A stretch of 36,117 bases of DNA from Candidatus Eiseniibacteriota bacterium (GTDB lineage: Bacteria; Eisenbacteria; RBG-16-71-46; JABDJR01; JAWXBZ01): assembly GCA_034440375.1 (NCBI GenBank), contig JAWXBZ010000129.1, positions 1-36,117 of the forward strand. Reading direction: 5' to 3'. Positions 26,627 to 36,117 of this stretch are shown in pieces. A model generated the notes under the pieces. The model searched no databases, was not told the origin of the DNA, and saw only the letters and a program-made list of their open reading frames with translations. Each line of letters begins with the position of its first letter. The first letter of the stretch is position 1. The position numbers and the translations under genes were made by a program.

Positions 26627-28270
26627 ATGCCGGATGCGATCGAACGTGTTGCCACCGCGTACCTCGACACGTTCGCGATCGACCATCTCCCGCCGCCGGA
26701 ATTGCGGCCGGTCACCGACCTGACGGCGCTGCCCCACCTGGCGGCGCGGCCGCGATTGAATGCCGCCGCTGAACTGCTGGATGGCGCCGTGCGCCGCGGG
26801 TACGCCGAACGCATCGTCATCCGGACATCTCTGGGGGATTGGACCTACGGACGCCTCCTGTCCGAGTCGAACCGGATCGCCTGCGCGCTGATCGAGGACT
26901 ACGGCCTGCTGCCCGGCCAGCGGGTGCTGCTGCGCGGACCGAACGGGCCGATGATGGCCGCGTGCTGGTTCGCCGTCCTCAAGGCCGGTGGCATTGCCGT
27001 GACCACCATGCCGCTGCTCCGCGCCCGGGAATTGACCGACATCATGAACAAGGCGCGGGTGAGCCTGGCACTGTGCGATGTGCGAAACGCGGCCGAGTTG
27101 GAGATGGCGGCGGCTGCCTCGCCGTCGTTGAACCGGACGATCTATTTCGGCGGCCCGAGCAACCCCGCTGCGCTCGAGGCAAAGGCCCAGAAAAAAGGGG
27201 AGACGTTCACGAACGTCGACACCGCCGCCTTCGACATCGCCATCATCGCCTTCACCTCCGGCACCACCGGGCAGGCCAAGGGAACGATGCACAGTCATCG
27301 CGACCTGATCGCCATCTGCGATCTCTTTCCAGCCTCAGTCCTCCGGGCAACGCCCGAAGATGTTTTCTGCGGCTCGCCACCGCTCGCCTTTACATTCGGC
27401 CTGGGCGGTCTGCTGCTTTTTCCGATACGGATTGGAGCTTCGGTGGTGCTCCTGGAAAGCGCCCCACCGCCGTTGCTGGTAAAAGCCATCCAGGATTTTC
27501 AGGCCACCATCTGTTTCACCGCGCCCACGGCCTATCGCGCCATGCTTCTGCTGGTCGGTACGAGCGATCTGTCGAGCCTTCGGAAATGCGTGTCGGCGGG
27601 TGAACATCTCCCGAAGGCCACATTCCTTGCCTGGCTTGCCGCCACCGGCCTTTCGATCATCGACGGAATCGGTTCGACCGAACTGTTGCATATCTTCATC
27701 AGCTCGCCGGAGGAAGAGATTCGTCCCGGCTCGACCGGCCGGGTGGTGCCTGGCTACACCGCAGAGCTGCTCGACGAGGACGGTCACGAAGTGCCGGTCG
27801 GCGAACTTGGCCGGCTGGCGGTGCGCGGGCCGACGGGCTGCCGCTATCTCGACGACCCGGAGCGGCAGGCGGCCTACGTGCAGGATGGGTGGAACATCAC
27901 GGGCGACACGTACCGTCGCGACGAGGAGGGCTACTTCTGGTACGCCGCGCGCAGCGACGACATGATCATCTCGGGTGGTTACAACATTTCGGGGCCCGAG
28001 GTGGAGAATGTCCTGTTGATGCATGAGGCCGTGGCCGAGTGCGGCGTGATCGGTGCGGCGGACGAGGAGCGTGGACAGGTCGTGGCGGCGTATGTCGTGT
28101 TGAAGCCCGGGCATCCGCCGGGTGAGGCGTTGTGCCGCACGCTGCAGGAATTCGTGAAGGCCGGGATCGCGCCCTACAAGTATCCCCGTCGGATCGAGTT
28201 CGTGGAAAAATTGCCCCGCACCGAAACCGGCAAGTTGCAGCGTTTTCGGCTGCGCGAGGAGGCCTCGTGA
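26627..28270 (+). CDS. Benzoate/2-aminobenzoate-CoA ligase family enzyme (AbmG-like)
   Basis: FTSGTTGQAKG, SPPLAFTFGLGG, SAGE, DGIGSTE, GPTGCRY, TGD, PRTETGKLQR. Confidence 0.9.
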   Translation: MPDAIERVATAYLDTFAIDHLPPPELRPVTDLTALPHLAARPRLNAAAELLDGAVRRGYAERIVIRTSLGDWTYGRLLSESNRIACALIEDYGLLPGQRVLLRGPNGPMMAACWFAVLKAGGIAVTTMPLLRARELTDIMNKARVSLALCDVRNAAELEMAAAASPSLNRTIYFGGPSNPAALEAKAQKKGETFTNVDTAAFDIAIIAFTSGTTGQAKGTMHSHRDLIAICDLFPASVLRATPEDVFCGSPPLAFTFGLGGLLLFPIRIGASVVLLESAPPPLLVKAIQDFQATICFTAPTAYRAMLLLVGTSDLSSLRKCVSAGEHLPKATFLAWLAATGLSIIDGIGSTELLHIFISSPEEEIRPGSTGRVVPGYTAELLDEDGHEVPVGELGRLAVRGPTGCRYLDDPERQAAYVQDGWNITGDTYRRDEEGYFWYAARSDDMIISGGYNISGPEVENVLLMHEAVAECGVIGAADEERGQVVAAYVVLKPGHPPGEALCRTLQEFVKAGIAPYKYPRRIEFVEKLPRTETGKLQRFRLREEAS

Positions 28271-28286
28271 AGCGGGGCTCCACTCC

Positions 28287-28688
28287 GTGAACAGGGTCCT
28301 GCTTCCCGAGGGGTGGCCACGCCCCTCCGGCTATGCCAACGGGCTTGCCGTGCCAGCCGGCCTACTGGTTTTCGTGGCCGGCCAGGTTGGCTGGAATCCA
28401 TTGACGATGCAATTTGAATCCGATGACATGGCGTTGCAGACGGCGCAGGCGCTGCGCAATGTCGTGGCGGTCCTGGCTGCCGGAGGCGCCGGACCGCAGC
28501 ATCTTGTTCGGATGACCTGGTACGTGACCGATCGAGAGGCCTACCGAGGCGCCCTCCGAGCCATCGGCGCGGCCTACCGGGAGATTGCCGGCGCTCACTA
28601 TCCCGCCATGACACTCCTGGTCGTAGCCGGCCTTCTCGAGACCCGAGCGCTGATCGAGATTGAGGCGACGGCGGTGGTAACGGGCTGA
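28287..28688 (+). CDS. RidA/YjgF-family protein
   Basis: PEGWPRPSGYANG, VAGQVGW, QALRN, YPAMTL, IEIEATA. Typical member of abm-type clusters. Confidence 0.9.
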   Translation: MNRVLLPEGWPRPSGYANGLAVPAGLLVFVAGQVGWNPLTMQFESDDMALQTAQALRNVVAVLAAGGAGPQHLVRMTWYVTDREAYRGALRAIGAAYREIAGAHYPAMTLLVVAGLLETRALIEIEATAVVTG

Positions 28689-28822
28689 ACAAACCGCCTA
28701 CCCGGTCCGTCCATCGCCTGACCTGGACCGACCGGCCCCCCACGTTGGTCATGGCTGGACGGGCCGGCGGCGAGTTCCTACAATGACGCGCCACCGGTTC
28801 CGATTCGGCCCGGTCCTCTCAT

Positions 28823-30829
28823 TTGACCACTATTCAGCGGTTCTTCGAACCCTTCAGGAGGCCAACCGTGCTCGTATCCTTCTCCGGTCCATCGTTCCAT
28901 CGGTTTGCCCGGCTCGGCGCGGTTGTTTTGGGGCTTGGCCTCGCGGCCGCACCGACCGCGGCCCCGGCCGCATCGGACCAGCCGATCCCATTCAGCGCCG
29001 GGCCGTATATCCCGGACATCGCCACCTTCCTGAATATCGGCGCCTGCTCGCCCTCCGGCTACAGCTGGGATGGGCGGGACGTTTACTTCACGGCCAGCAT
29101 GTCCGGCGCCGGACAGGTGTACCGGGTGACCGACGACGGCTGGCCGTACCAGCTGACTACGTTCGAGGATGGCATCGAGGGATTCAACCTCTCCTGGAAC
29201 GGCCGGATGGCCATCGTCAGCGCCTCGGTCGGTGGGGATGAAAATGCGCAACTTTACCTCCTCGACACGAAGACCGGCCGCATTGAACCGCTCACCATGC
29301 AGCCGACGATCCAGTTCGGATCGGTGACCTGGATGCCCGACGACTCGGCCATTTTCTACCGCTCGAACGAGGAGAACAAAAAGGACTTCTTCATCTACCG
29401 GATGGATTTTCCGAGCCGCAAGGTGACGAAGGTGTACGACAAGACCGGCGGCTACAACTCGGTGGCCGAGTTGTCGCGCGACGGCAAGTTGATGATCGTG
29501 GTCAATTCCACCTCCAATGTGAACAGCGATCTGCATCTGCTGGACCTGACCACCGGATCCACCCGGCAGTTGACAAAGGACACGGGCGACGTGACCTACG
29601 AGTCGGTGAATCTCATGCCGGACAACAAGACCATCTGGCTGACCTCCAACGACAATCCGGATGGCATCCACAAGCTCGGCACCATGACCCTCGACTCAAA
29701 CGTGGTGGCTTTTGTCAACGATGGATGGCTCGATCCGAAGTGGGAAGTGGAAGGCGTCTCGTTCAGCCGTGACTGGAAACAAATGGTGGTGCGGCAGAAC
29801 GAGGACGGATACGGGCGGCTGAAAATGCGCGATGTGGCCACCCAAAAATCGATCCCGAACCCGCCGCTTGAGGGCATCCTGGGAAGCGTCATTTTTGACC
29901 AGGAAGGGGCCTGCATCCTGTCCTTCTCCGGACCGACCCGCGCGCCCGACGTATGGAAGTGGAATCCGAGGACGAAGGAACTCAAGCAACTGACCTTCAC
30001 GATCTACGCCGGCATCGACCGCGCTCTTTTCAAGGAGCCGAAGCTGGTTCGTTACCCGACGTTTGATGGTCGGATGATTCCGGCCTTCATGTACCTGCCC
30101 GCCTCCTACAAGCCGGGCACACCGGTTCCGTTTGTAGTCGATGCTCACGGCGGTCCCGAGAGTCAGTTCCGGCCCGACTTCATCCGCAACTTCCAGTATC
30201 TCATGCTGAACGGCTACGGCGTGCTGGCGCCCAACGTGCGCGGTTCGTCCGGTTACGGCATTGAGTATCTCAATCTCGACAACTACAAGAACCGGAAGGA
30301 CAGCCTCAAGGACTTCAAGGCCGGCGTTGACTGGTTGATGGCCGAGGGGTACACGAAACCGGGGATGATCGGTATTCGTGGTGGCTCGTACGGCGGCTAC
30401 GTCGTGCTCGGCATGATCACGGAGTACCCGGATCTCTTCTCGGCGGCCATCGACATCGTCGGCATCGCCAATTTTCAGACGTTCTTGACGAAAACGGCCG
30501 ACTACCGCCGGGCCTTGCGTGAGGCCGAGTACGGCCCGCTGGACGACCCCGAATTCCTGAAATCGATCTCACCGATACACAAGGCGAGCGCGATCAAGAC
30601 CCCCCTCCTGGTCGTGCACGGCGCCAACGATCCGCGCGTGCCGGTGGCCGAGGCCCGGCAGATCCTGAATGCGGTGAAGATGAACGGCGGCATCGTCGAC
30701 TCGCTCATCTTCCTGGACGAGGGGCACGGCTCCGGCAAGCGGGTGAACACGATCATGGAATACCGGAAGCATGTGGCCTTCTTCGACACGTTTCTGAAAC
30801 CGAACAAGCTCGGATCGAAGAACGAGTAG
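28823..30829 (+). CDS. Secreted S9-family (prolyl oligopeptidase/acylaminoacyl peptidase-like) peptidase; start uncertain
   Basis: Beta-propeller N-region; HGGPE, PNVRGSSGYG, GGSYGG (Ser), HGANDPRVP (Asp), DEGHG (His). Confidence 0.92.
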   Translation: MTTIQRFFEPFRRPTVLVSFSGPSFHRFARLGAVVLGLGLAAAPTAAPAASDQPIPFSAGPYIPDIATFLNIGACSPSGYSWDGRDVYFTASMSGAGQVYRVTDDGWPYQLTTFEDGIEGFNLSWNGRMAIVSASVGGDENAQLYLLDTKTGRIEPLTMQPTIQFGSVTWMPDDSAIFYRSNEENKKDFFIYRMDFPSRKVTKVYDKTGGYNSVAELSRDGKLMIVVNSTSNVNSDLHLLDLTTGSTRQLTKDTGDVTYESVNLMPDNKTIWLTSNDNPDGIHKLGTMTLDSNVVAFVNDGWLDPKWEVEGVSFSRDWKQMVVRQNEDGYGRLKMRDVATQKSIPNPPLEGILGSVIFDQEGACILSFSGPTRAPDVWKWNPRTKELKQLTFTIYAGIDRALFKEPKLVRYPTFDGRMIPAFMYLPASYKPGTPVPFVVDAHGGPESQFRPDFIRNFQYLMLNGYGVLAPNVRGSSGYGIEYLNLDNYKNRKDSLKDFKAGVDWLMAEGYTKPGMIGIRGGSYGGYVVLGMITEYPDLFSAAIDIVGIANFQTFLTKTADYRRALREAEYGPLDDPEFLKSISPIHKASAIKTPLLVVHGANDPRVPVAEARQILNAVKMNGGIVDSLIFLDEGHGSGKRVNTIMEYRKHVAFFDTFLKPNKLGSKNE

Positions 30830-30834
30830 CGTTG

Positions 30835-31419
30835 GTGACAAACTACGGCATGACCTGGCTGGCCGCCATCCCGCAGTACCGGGAAATCCGGGCCGGCGAA
30901 CTTCGCTGGATCGTGAGCCAGGAAACGACGCTCGATGCGGCGACCGGTGAACGGCACACCCGGGCCACCATTCGACATCCCGGCGTGGCGGTGATCCTGC
31001 CGATCCTGGATGACGGGCGGATCCTGGTGATGCGCCAGTATCGCTACGCCCTCGACGGCGAGCTGTGGGAACTGCCCGCTGGAACGAGGCCCGGGCGCGA
31101 GGCGGGGCGGCTCGTCGACAGCCCCGAGTCTGCCGAAGCGTGCGCCGCCCGCGAACTGCAGGAGGAGACCGGCTGGCGGGCCACCCGCCTCGAGCCGCTG
31201 GGCGAGGCTTTTGCCATGCCCGGGATGAGCGACGAGTTGATTCATTGTTTCGTGGCCCGTGGCCTTCTGCCGACCCGCCATGAACGGGACGAGGGCGAGT
31301 TGATCCGGGAGATCCGTCCAATGTCCGAGGACGAACTGCGCCAAATGGTCGTCACCAACCAGATCCGGGATGCCAAGACGCTCGTGGCCCTGATGTTTTA
31401 CTGGATGACGCCGCGCTGA
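30835..31419 (+). CDS. Nudix hydrolase (ADP-ribose pyrophosphatase-like)
   Basis: HPG.AVILP, RQYRY, WELPAG, AARELQEETG, I.DAKT. Confidence 0.88.
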   Translation: MTNYGMTWLAAIPQYREIRAGELRWIVSQETTLDAATGERHTRATIRHPGVAVILPILDDGRILVMRQYRYALDGELWELPAGTRPGREAGRLVDSPESAEACAARELQEETGWRATRLEPLGEAFAMPGMSDELIHCFVARGLLPTRHERDEGELIREIRPMSEDELRQMVVTNQIRDAKTLVALMFYWMTPR

Positions 31420-31460
31420 CTGGCCTTTCCGACCCCTCTCAAGTATTCTTTCCGCCCGTT

Positions 31461-33932
31461 ATGACACCCGACGAAACCATATGGAACGCCTTCCGCCGCT
31501 GGGGCTACTTGCAGGCGGAGCTCGATCTGTTCGGCCGACTGAAGCCGATGAGTCACCCCGATCTCGAGCAGACCGGGCCATCGGCCGAGGCGGCACGGGC
31601 CGTCTACTGCGGATCGATCGGCGTCGAGTTCCTGCACATCCCCTTCGCCGATCGGGTGGCGTGGATCGCCGAACGAATGGAGGGGCCTGCCCCTTTGCCG
31701 GATCAAAGGCGCATCCTTGATCGGCTGATCAGCGCCGAAACGTTCGAGCGAACGCTCCAGACCCGCTACGTCGGCAGCAAGCGCTATTCCCTCGAGGGGA
31801 ACACGTCCCTTGTTCCGCTCCTCGATGCCATGCTCGAGTCTGGCAGCGGGATCGGCATCCGGTCGGCCCTCCTGGCTTCGAGCCATCGTGGGCGGCTGAC
31901 CCTCGTGCATCACATCATCGGACGAAGCGCCTCGGACATTTTCGCCAAGTTCGAGGATGTCGATCCGCGCAGCGTCCTCGGCTCGGGGGATGTGAAATAT
32001 CACCTGGGAGCCACCGGCTGGTTTACCGGCAGCAATGGCCAGCGGATCCGGATGCACCTGGCAAGCAATCCGAGCCACCTCGAGGCAATTTACCCGGTGG
32101 CGCTCGGGCGGGTGCGAGCCAAGCAGGACCGCTACGAAAGCACGGCGCCGCGGCGGGCCGTGTTGCCGGTGGTGCTGCACGGCGACGCCGCATTTGCCGG
32201 CCAGGGGATCGCGGCCGAAACATTGAACATGGCCTCGCTCACCGGCTACACGGTGGAAGGGACGGTGCATGTCATCGTCAACAACCTGATCGGCTTCACG
32301 ACCGATCCGGATGCCTATCAGTCCTCGCGCTACGCAAGCGATGTGGCCCGACGGTTGCCGATTCCGATCTTCCACGTGAACGGCGAGGATCCGGACGCCG
32401 TCGACCGTGTGGGCCGGCTGGCCATCGAGTACCGGCAGGCCTTCGCGAGCGACGTCATCATCGATCTTATCGGCTACCGGCGACACGGGCACAGCGAGGT
32501 CGATGACCCGACCATTACCCAGCCGATACTCTACCGCCAGATCGAGAAGCATCCGCTCCTGTGGCAGAGCTACGCCAAAACCATCGGCGTTGGGGAAGCG
32601 GAGGCTCTGGCATTGGTCGAGAGCTACCGCGAAGTGCTCGACGGCCAGCAGGCCATTGCCAAGAGCGCCACCAAGGCGACAAAGCTGTTCGAGTTGCCCG
32701 ACTACTGGACCAGTTACACGGGCGGGCCATGGCGGGCGGAGATAGAGGTCGATACCGGACTCGACGCCGACCGGATTGAACGGCTGGCCGCGGTCATCGG
32801 CTCGTGGCGCGATGGATTCCACATTCACCCCAAGGTGAAGCGCGTCCTCGAGCAGCGCCGCGAAATGGGGCTGGGGAAGCGGGCCATCGACTGGGGAATG
32901 GGGGAGGCGCTGGCCTTCGGCAGCCTGCTCGTCGACGGAAACCCGGTTCGACTGTCCGGCCAGGACTGCCGGCGCGGCACGTTCAATCACCGCCAGTCGG
33001 TCCTGATCGATATCGAGGATGAAAGCGAGTACACGCCGCTGGAGCATCTTGCCGAGGGGCAGGCCCGATTGTCGATTCATGACAGTCCGCTGTCGGAGGC
33101 AAGTGTCCTGGGTTTTGAGTACGGCTACAGCCGGGATTACCCGGAGGCGCTGGTCCTGTGGGAGGCGCAGTTCGGTGATTTCGTGAACGGCGCGCAGGTC
33201 ATCATCGACCAGTTCGTCAGCGCCACGGAGGACAAGTGGCATCTGCTTTCCGGGCTGGTCATGCTGCTGCCGCATGGCTACGAAGGGCAGGGGCCCGAAC
33301 ACTCGAGTGCCCGGCTGGAGCGATTCCTGACGCTGGCGGCCGAGGACAACATCCAGGTATGCCAGCCGACCACGGCCTCGCAATACTTTCATCTGCTGCG
33401 ACGGCAGGCGATGCGCCGCTGGCGAAAGCCGCTGGTGGTCATGACGCCGAAGAGCCTGCTGCGACACCCCGGCGCGGCCTCGCCCCTTTCCGAGTTCACG
33501 ATCGGGCGATTCCGCACCGTCTTCGAGGACGCCGCGGTGGTCGACGCCGAGCGGATCATCCTGTGCACCGGCAAGGTCTTCTTTGATCTGGATGCCGAGC
33601 GGGTGAAGCGCGGCACCACCCGCACGGCGCTGATCCGATTGGAACAGCTTTATCCGTTTCCCGAGACGGTCCTGGCGGAAGCCATCGCCCGGCACCCGAA
33701 TGCGCGTGAAGTCGTCTGGGTGCAGGAGGAACCGGGAAACATGGGATCGCTGGCCTTCGTTGCCCCGCGGCTCGGCCGGGTGGCCGGCGGCCGTCCGGTT
33801 CGCACGATCAAGCGATCGGCCAGCGCCAGCCCGGCCACCAGCAGCCCGAAGGCGCACAGCCTCGAGCAGGCCGCGCTCCTGGCCCACGCGTTCCTGGATG
33901 TGTCGGCCGGCGCAAGGGCCGCCGCGCGCTGA
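31461..33932 (+). CDS. sucA: 2-oxoglutarate dehydrogenase E1 component (compact form)
   Basis: KRYSLEG, HRGRL, GDVKYHLG, NPSHLE, HGDAAFAGQG, YRRHGH, RLSGQD..RGTF, WEAQFGDF.NGAQ, LLPHGYEGQGPEHSSARLERFL. Confidence 0.93.
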   Translation: MTPDETIWNAFRRWGYLQAELDLFGRLKPMSHPDLEQTGPSAEAARAVYCGSIGVEFLHIPFADRVAWIAERMEGPAPLPDQRRILDRLISAETFERTLQTRYVGSKRYSLEGNTSLVPLLDAMLESGSGIGIRSALLASSHRGRLTLVHHIIGRSASDIFAKFEDVDPRSVLGSGDVKYHLGATGWFTGSNGQRIRMHLASNPSHLEAIYPVALGRVRAKQDRYESTAPRRAVLPVVLHGDAAFAGQGIAAETLNMASLTGYTVEGTVHVIVNNLIGFTTDPDAYQSSRYASDVARRLPIPIFHVNGEDPDAVDRVGRLAIEYRQAFASDVIIDLIGYRRHGHSEVDDPTITQPILYRQIEKHPLLWQSYAKTIGVGEAEALALVESYREVLDGQQAIAKSATKATKLFELPDYWTSYTGGPWRAEIEVDTGLDADRIERLAAVIGSWRDGFHIHPKVKRVLEQRREMGLGKRAIDWGMGEALAFGSLLVDGNPVRLSGQDCRRGTFNHRQSVLIDIEDESEYTPLEHLAEGQARLSIHDSPLSEASVLGFEYGYSRDYPEALVLWEAQFGDFVNGAQVIIDQFVSATEDKWHLLSGLVMLLPHGYEGQGPEHSSARLERFLTLAAEDNIQVCQPTTASQYFHLLRRQAMRRWRKPLVVMTPKSLLRHPGAASPLSEFTIGRFRTVFEDAAVVDAERIILCTGKVFFDLDAERVKRGTTRTALIRLEQLYPFPETVLAEAIARHPNAREVVWVQEEPGNMGSLAFVAPRLGRVAGGRPVRTIKRSASASPATSSPKAHSLEQAALLAHAFLDVSAGARAAAR

Positions 33933-33933
33933 C

Positions 33934-34881
33934 GTGGGCCCCGACCCCGATACCGGTCGCCGCCTTCCGTTTTCGGTCGTCTACCACGATGACTACGATC
34001 TGAACCTCGGCGGGCATGTCTTCCCGTCGACGAAGTTCAAGTTGATCCGCGACGCTCTCCTGGCCCGCGGGATTGCCGCCCCGGCTGACATCATGGCCCC
34101 CGAGCCGGCCACGGATGATGATTTGAAGCTCGTCCACACCGCTGACTGGGTCGAAAGGCTGAAGCATCTCAAGCTCACGTTCGGCGAGATCAACCGGCTG
34201 GAGATTCCGGTGAGCCCGGAACTGGTCCGGGCCCTCTGGCTGGCCGCGGGGGGCTCGATCCTGGGGGCGCGGCGCGCGCTGGTGGACGGCGTGGCCTACA
34301 ACGTCGGGGGCGGATTCCATCATGCCTTTCCGGGTCACGGCGAGGGCTTTTGCGCCATACATGATGTGGCCGTGGCGATTCGCCGGCTTCAGAAGGATGG
34401 CGTGATCCGGCGGGCCATGGTCGTGGATGTCGACGTGCACCACGGAAACGGCACGGCGGCCATCTTCGCTGCCGATCCCACCGTGTTCACGCTTTCGATC
34501 CACCAGTTCAACAACTATCCATTCGAGAAGCCACCATCGGATGTCGACATCCATCTGCCGGACGGCCTCGGCGATAAGGACTATCTGAAGCGCCTGGGCG
34601 ATGCGTTGCGCCCGGCACTGGATCAGTTCCGACCCGAGCTGGTCTTCTACATCGCCGGGGGCGATCCGTACGAGCACGACCGGCTCGGGGGCCTCAAGCT
34701 CACCCTGAACGGCCTGTTCGACCGCGATCGCCTCGTGATCCGGGAGGCGCGAAGCCAGGGGATCCCGGTGGCCATCGCGCTGGCCGGCGGCTATGCGGAG
34801 GATGTCGAGGACACGGTGGCGATCCACGTCAATACGCTGCTGGCCGCGGTGGAAGCGGCGCGACAATACCCCGTGACATGA
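33934..34881 (+). CDS. Zn-dependent histone deacetylase-family deacylase (start approximate)
   Basis: HVFP..KF, GGFHHA, GEGFC, DVDVHHGNGT, TLSIH, GGDPY..DRLG.L, GGY. Confidence 0.92.
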   Translation: MGPDPDTGRRLPFSVVYHDDYDLNLGGHVFPSTKFKLIRDALLARGIAAPADIMAPEPATDDDLKLVHTADWVERLKHLKLTFGEINRLEIPVSPELVRALWLAAGGSILGARRALVDGVAYNVGGGFHHAFPGHGEGFCAIHDVAVAIRRLQKDGVIRRAMVVDVDVHHGNGTAAIFAADPTVFTLSIHQFNNYPFEKPPSDVDIHLPDGLGDKDYLKRLGDALRPALDQFRPELVFYIAGGDPYEHDRLGGLKLTLNGLFDRDRLVIREARSQGIPVAIALAGGYAEDVEDTVAIHVNTLLAAVEAARQYPVT

Positions 34882-36117
34882 CACCCGCGTTCGCCGCCCT
34901 TCGACACCGTAACTTCCGGCTCTTGTGGATCGGTCAGCTCGTGTCGTTTTCGGGCTCGATGATGCAGAACGCGGCCATCCTGTGGCACGTATCGCTGTTG
35001 GCGCCACCGGATCAGAAAGGTCTCTATCTCGGGCTGGTCGGACTCGTGCGAGTTCTGCCGATCATCATCTTCTCATTGCTGAGCGGTGTGGTGGCCGACG
35101 CGGTCAACCGCCGCCGGCTGATGTTGTTCACGCAGGTGATCATGGCCGCCATTGCCGGAGTTCTGGCGTACCTGACAATTCGAGGACTGGACAGCGTCTG
35201 GCCCGTGTACGTGCTGGCGGCACTCTCCTCGGCCGTGGCGGCGTTTGACGGGCCGGCTCGCCAATCGCTGGTGCCCGACCTGGTGCCGGCCGAGCACTTA
35301 GCCAACGCCATCAGCCTGAACACCGTGATGTTCCAGTTCGCCGCCGTGGCCGGACCCACCATGGCCGGAATCGTGCTGGCCACGCTCGACATCGGGTGGG
35401 CCTATCTCCTCAACGGCGTCTCCTTTCTGGCCGTCGTGGTGGCGCTCCTCCTCATGCGCGACGTGCACGACTCGGTGGATGCCGAGGGGCGCGGCGATAT
35501 CAGCGTGGGGGCCGCCAAGGAGGGGTTGCGGTTCGTTTTTTCGAACCCGATCATCCGCTCGACGATGCTGATCGATTTCTTCGCCACATTCTTCTCGTCC
35601 GCCACAGCCCTCCTGCCGATTTTCGCCCAGGACATCCTCCATGTCGGAGCTCGAGGCTACGGCGTGTTGTACGCCGCCCCCTCGATCGGAGCCCTGGCCG
35701 CCGGTGCCGTCATGATCACCCGCGTCGAACGAATCGAGCGGCGGGGCCGGGTGCTGATCGGCGCCGTTCTGGTGTACGGCCTGGCTACCATCCTCTTCGG
35801 CTTCTCCCGCTCCTTCTGGCTGACTTTCGCCTGCCTCGCGCTCACCGGCATCGCCGATACCGTCTCCACCGTTCTCCGCAACATCATCCGCCAGTTCGCC
35901 ACCCCCGACGCCCTCCGCGGCCGCATGACCTCCATCAACATGATGTTCTTCATGGGCGGCCCCCAGCTCGGCGAACTGGAAGCCGGCCTCGTGGCCCAGG
36001 GCTTCGGCGCGCCGGTGTCCGTCGTCACGGGTGGTATTGCCTGCGTGCTGGTGTCACTGGGGATTGCGAAGAAGACCCCGGAACTGGTGGCGTATCGGAA
36101 GTCGGATGCGGTCGACG
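34878..36117 (+). CDS. MFS transporter (EntS/MefA-like), runs off the window end
   Basis: Not in the ORF track because there is no stop in the window. ATG 34878 overlaps the HDAC stop; MTPAFAALRHRNFRLLWIGQLVS..GVVADAVNRRRLM..FDGPARQSLVP..ANAISLN..LRGRMTS. Confidence 0.88.
   Translation, partial: MTPAFAALRHRNFRLLWIGQLVSFSGSMMQNAAILWHVSLLAPPDQKGLYLGLVGLVRVLPIIIFSLLSGVVADAVNRRRLMLFTQVIMAAIAGVLAYLTIRGLDSVWPVYVLAALSSAVAAFDGPARQSLVPDLVPAEHLANAISLNTVMFQFAAVAGPTMAGIVLATLDIGWAYLLNGVSFLAVVVALLLMRDVHDSVDAEGRGDISVGAAKEGLRFVFSNPIIRSTMLIDFFATFFSSATALLPIFAQDILHVGARGYGVLYAAPSIGALAAGAVMITRVERIERRGRVLIGAVLVYGLATILFGFSRSFWLTFACLALTGIADTVSTVLRNIIRQFATPDALRGRMTSINMMFFMGGPQLGELEAGLVAQGFGAPVSVVTGGIACVLVSLGIAKKTPELVAYRKSDAVD

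Noticed and set aside
31398-33887. 829-aa minus-strand ORF
   Set aside because: Antisense shadow of sucA, expected in high-GC DNA.
1-36117. CRISPR array, tRNA/rRNA, IS transposase, integrase or prophage genes
   Set aside because: No regularly spaced repeats, RNA gene signatures or recombinase motifs were recognised by eye; a covariance-model search was not possible.

Overview
GC-rich bacterial chromosomal window. The FlgD-like C-terminal domain, 'TTWSxIK' C-terminal tails, TonB-dependent receptor and many lipoproteins suggest a diderm FCB-related lineage such as Eisenbacteria/Krumholzibacteria/Latescibacteria (inference only). The left ~20 kb is envelope, secreted and signalling genes: a partial S8 protease, a TonB-dependent receptor, an ECF sigma with a ZAS anti-sigma, two paralogous 'DWYAQD..G.VWYLGE' lipoproteins, a thioredoxin-like lipoprotein, an AmpG-type MFS, an S1/P1 nuclease, a TPR lipoprotein, a decayed ECF/HEAT-repeat operon, a LysM protein, and a second ECF coupled to a plug-VWA protein. 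The right ~16 kb is an anthraniloyl-/salicylyl-CoA monooxygenase catabolic operon interrupted by a ~600 bp unexplained insert and a vapBC module, then an S9 peptidase, Nudix hydrolase, compact sucA, HDAC-family deacylase and a partial MFS. Best novel lead: the motif TGTCACA-N16-G(T/C)TCC sits in sense orientation upstream of the ECF gene and of both DWYAQD lipoprotein genes, defining a candidate ECF regulon for a lipoprotein family I cannot assign a function to. No rRNA, tRNA, CRISPR array or transposase was recognised.
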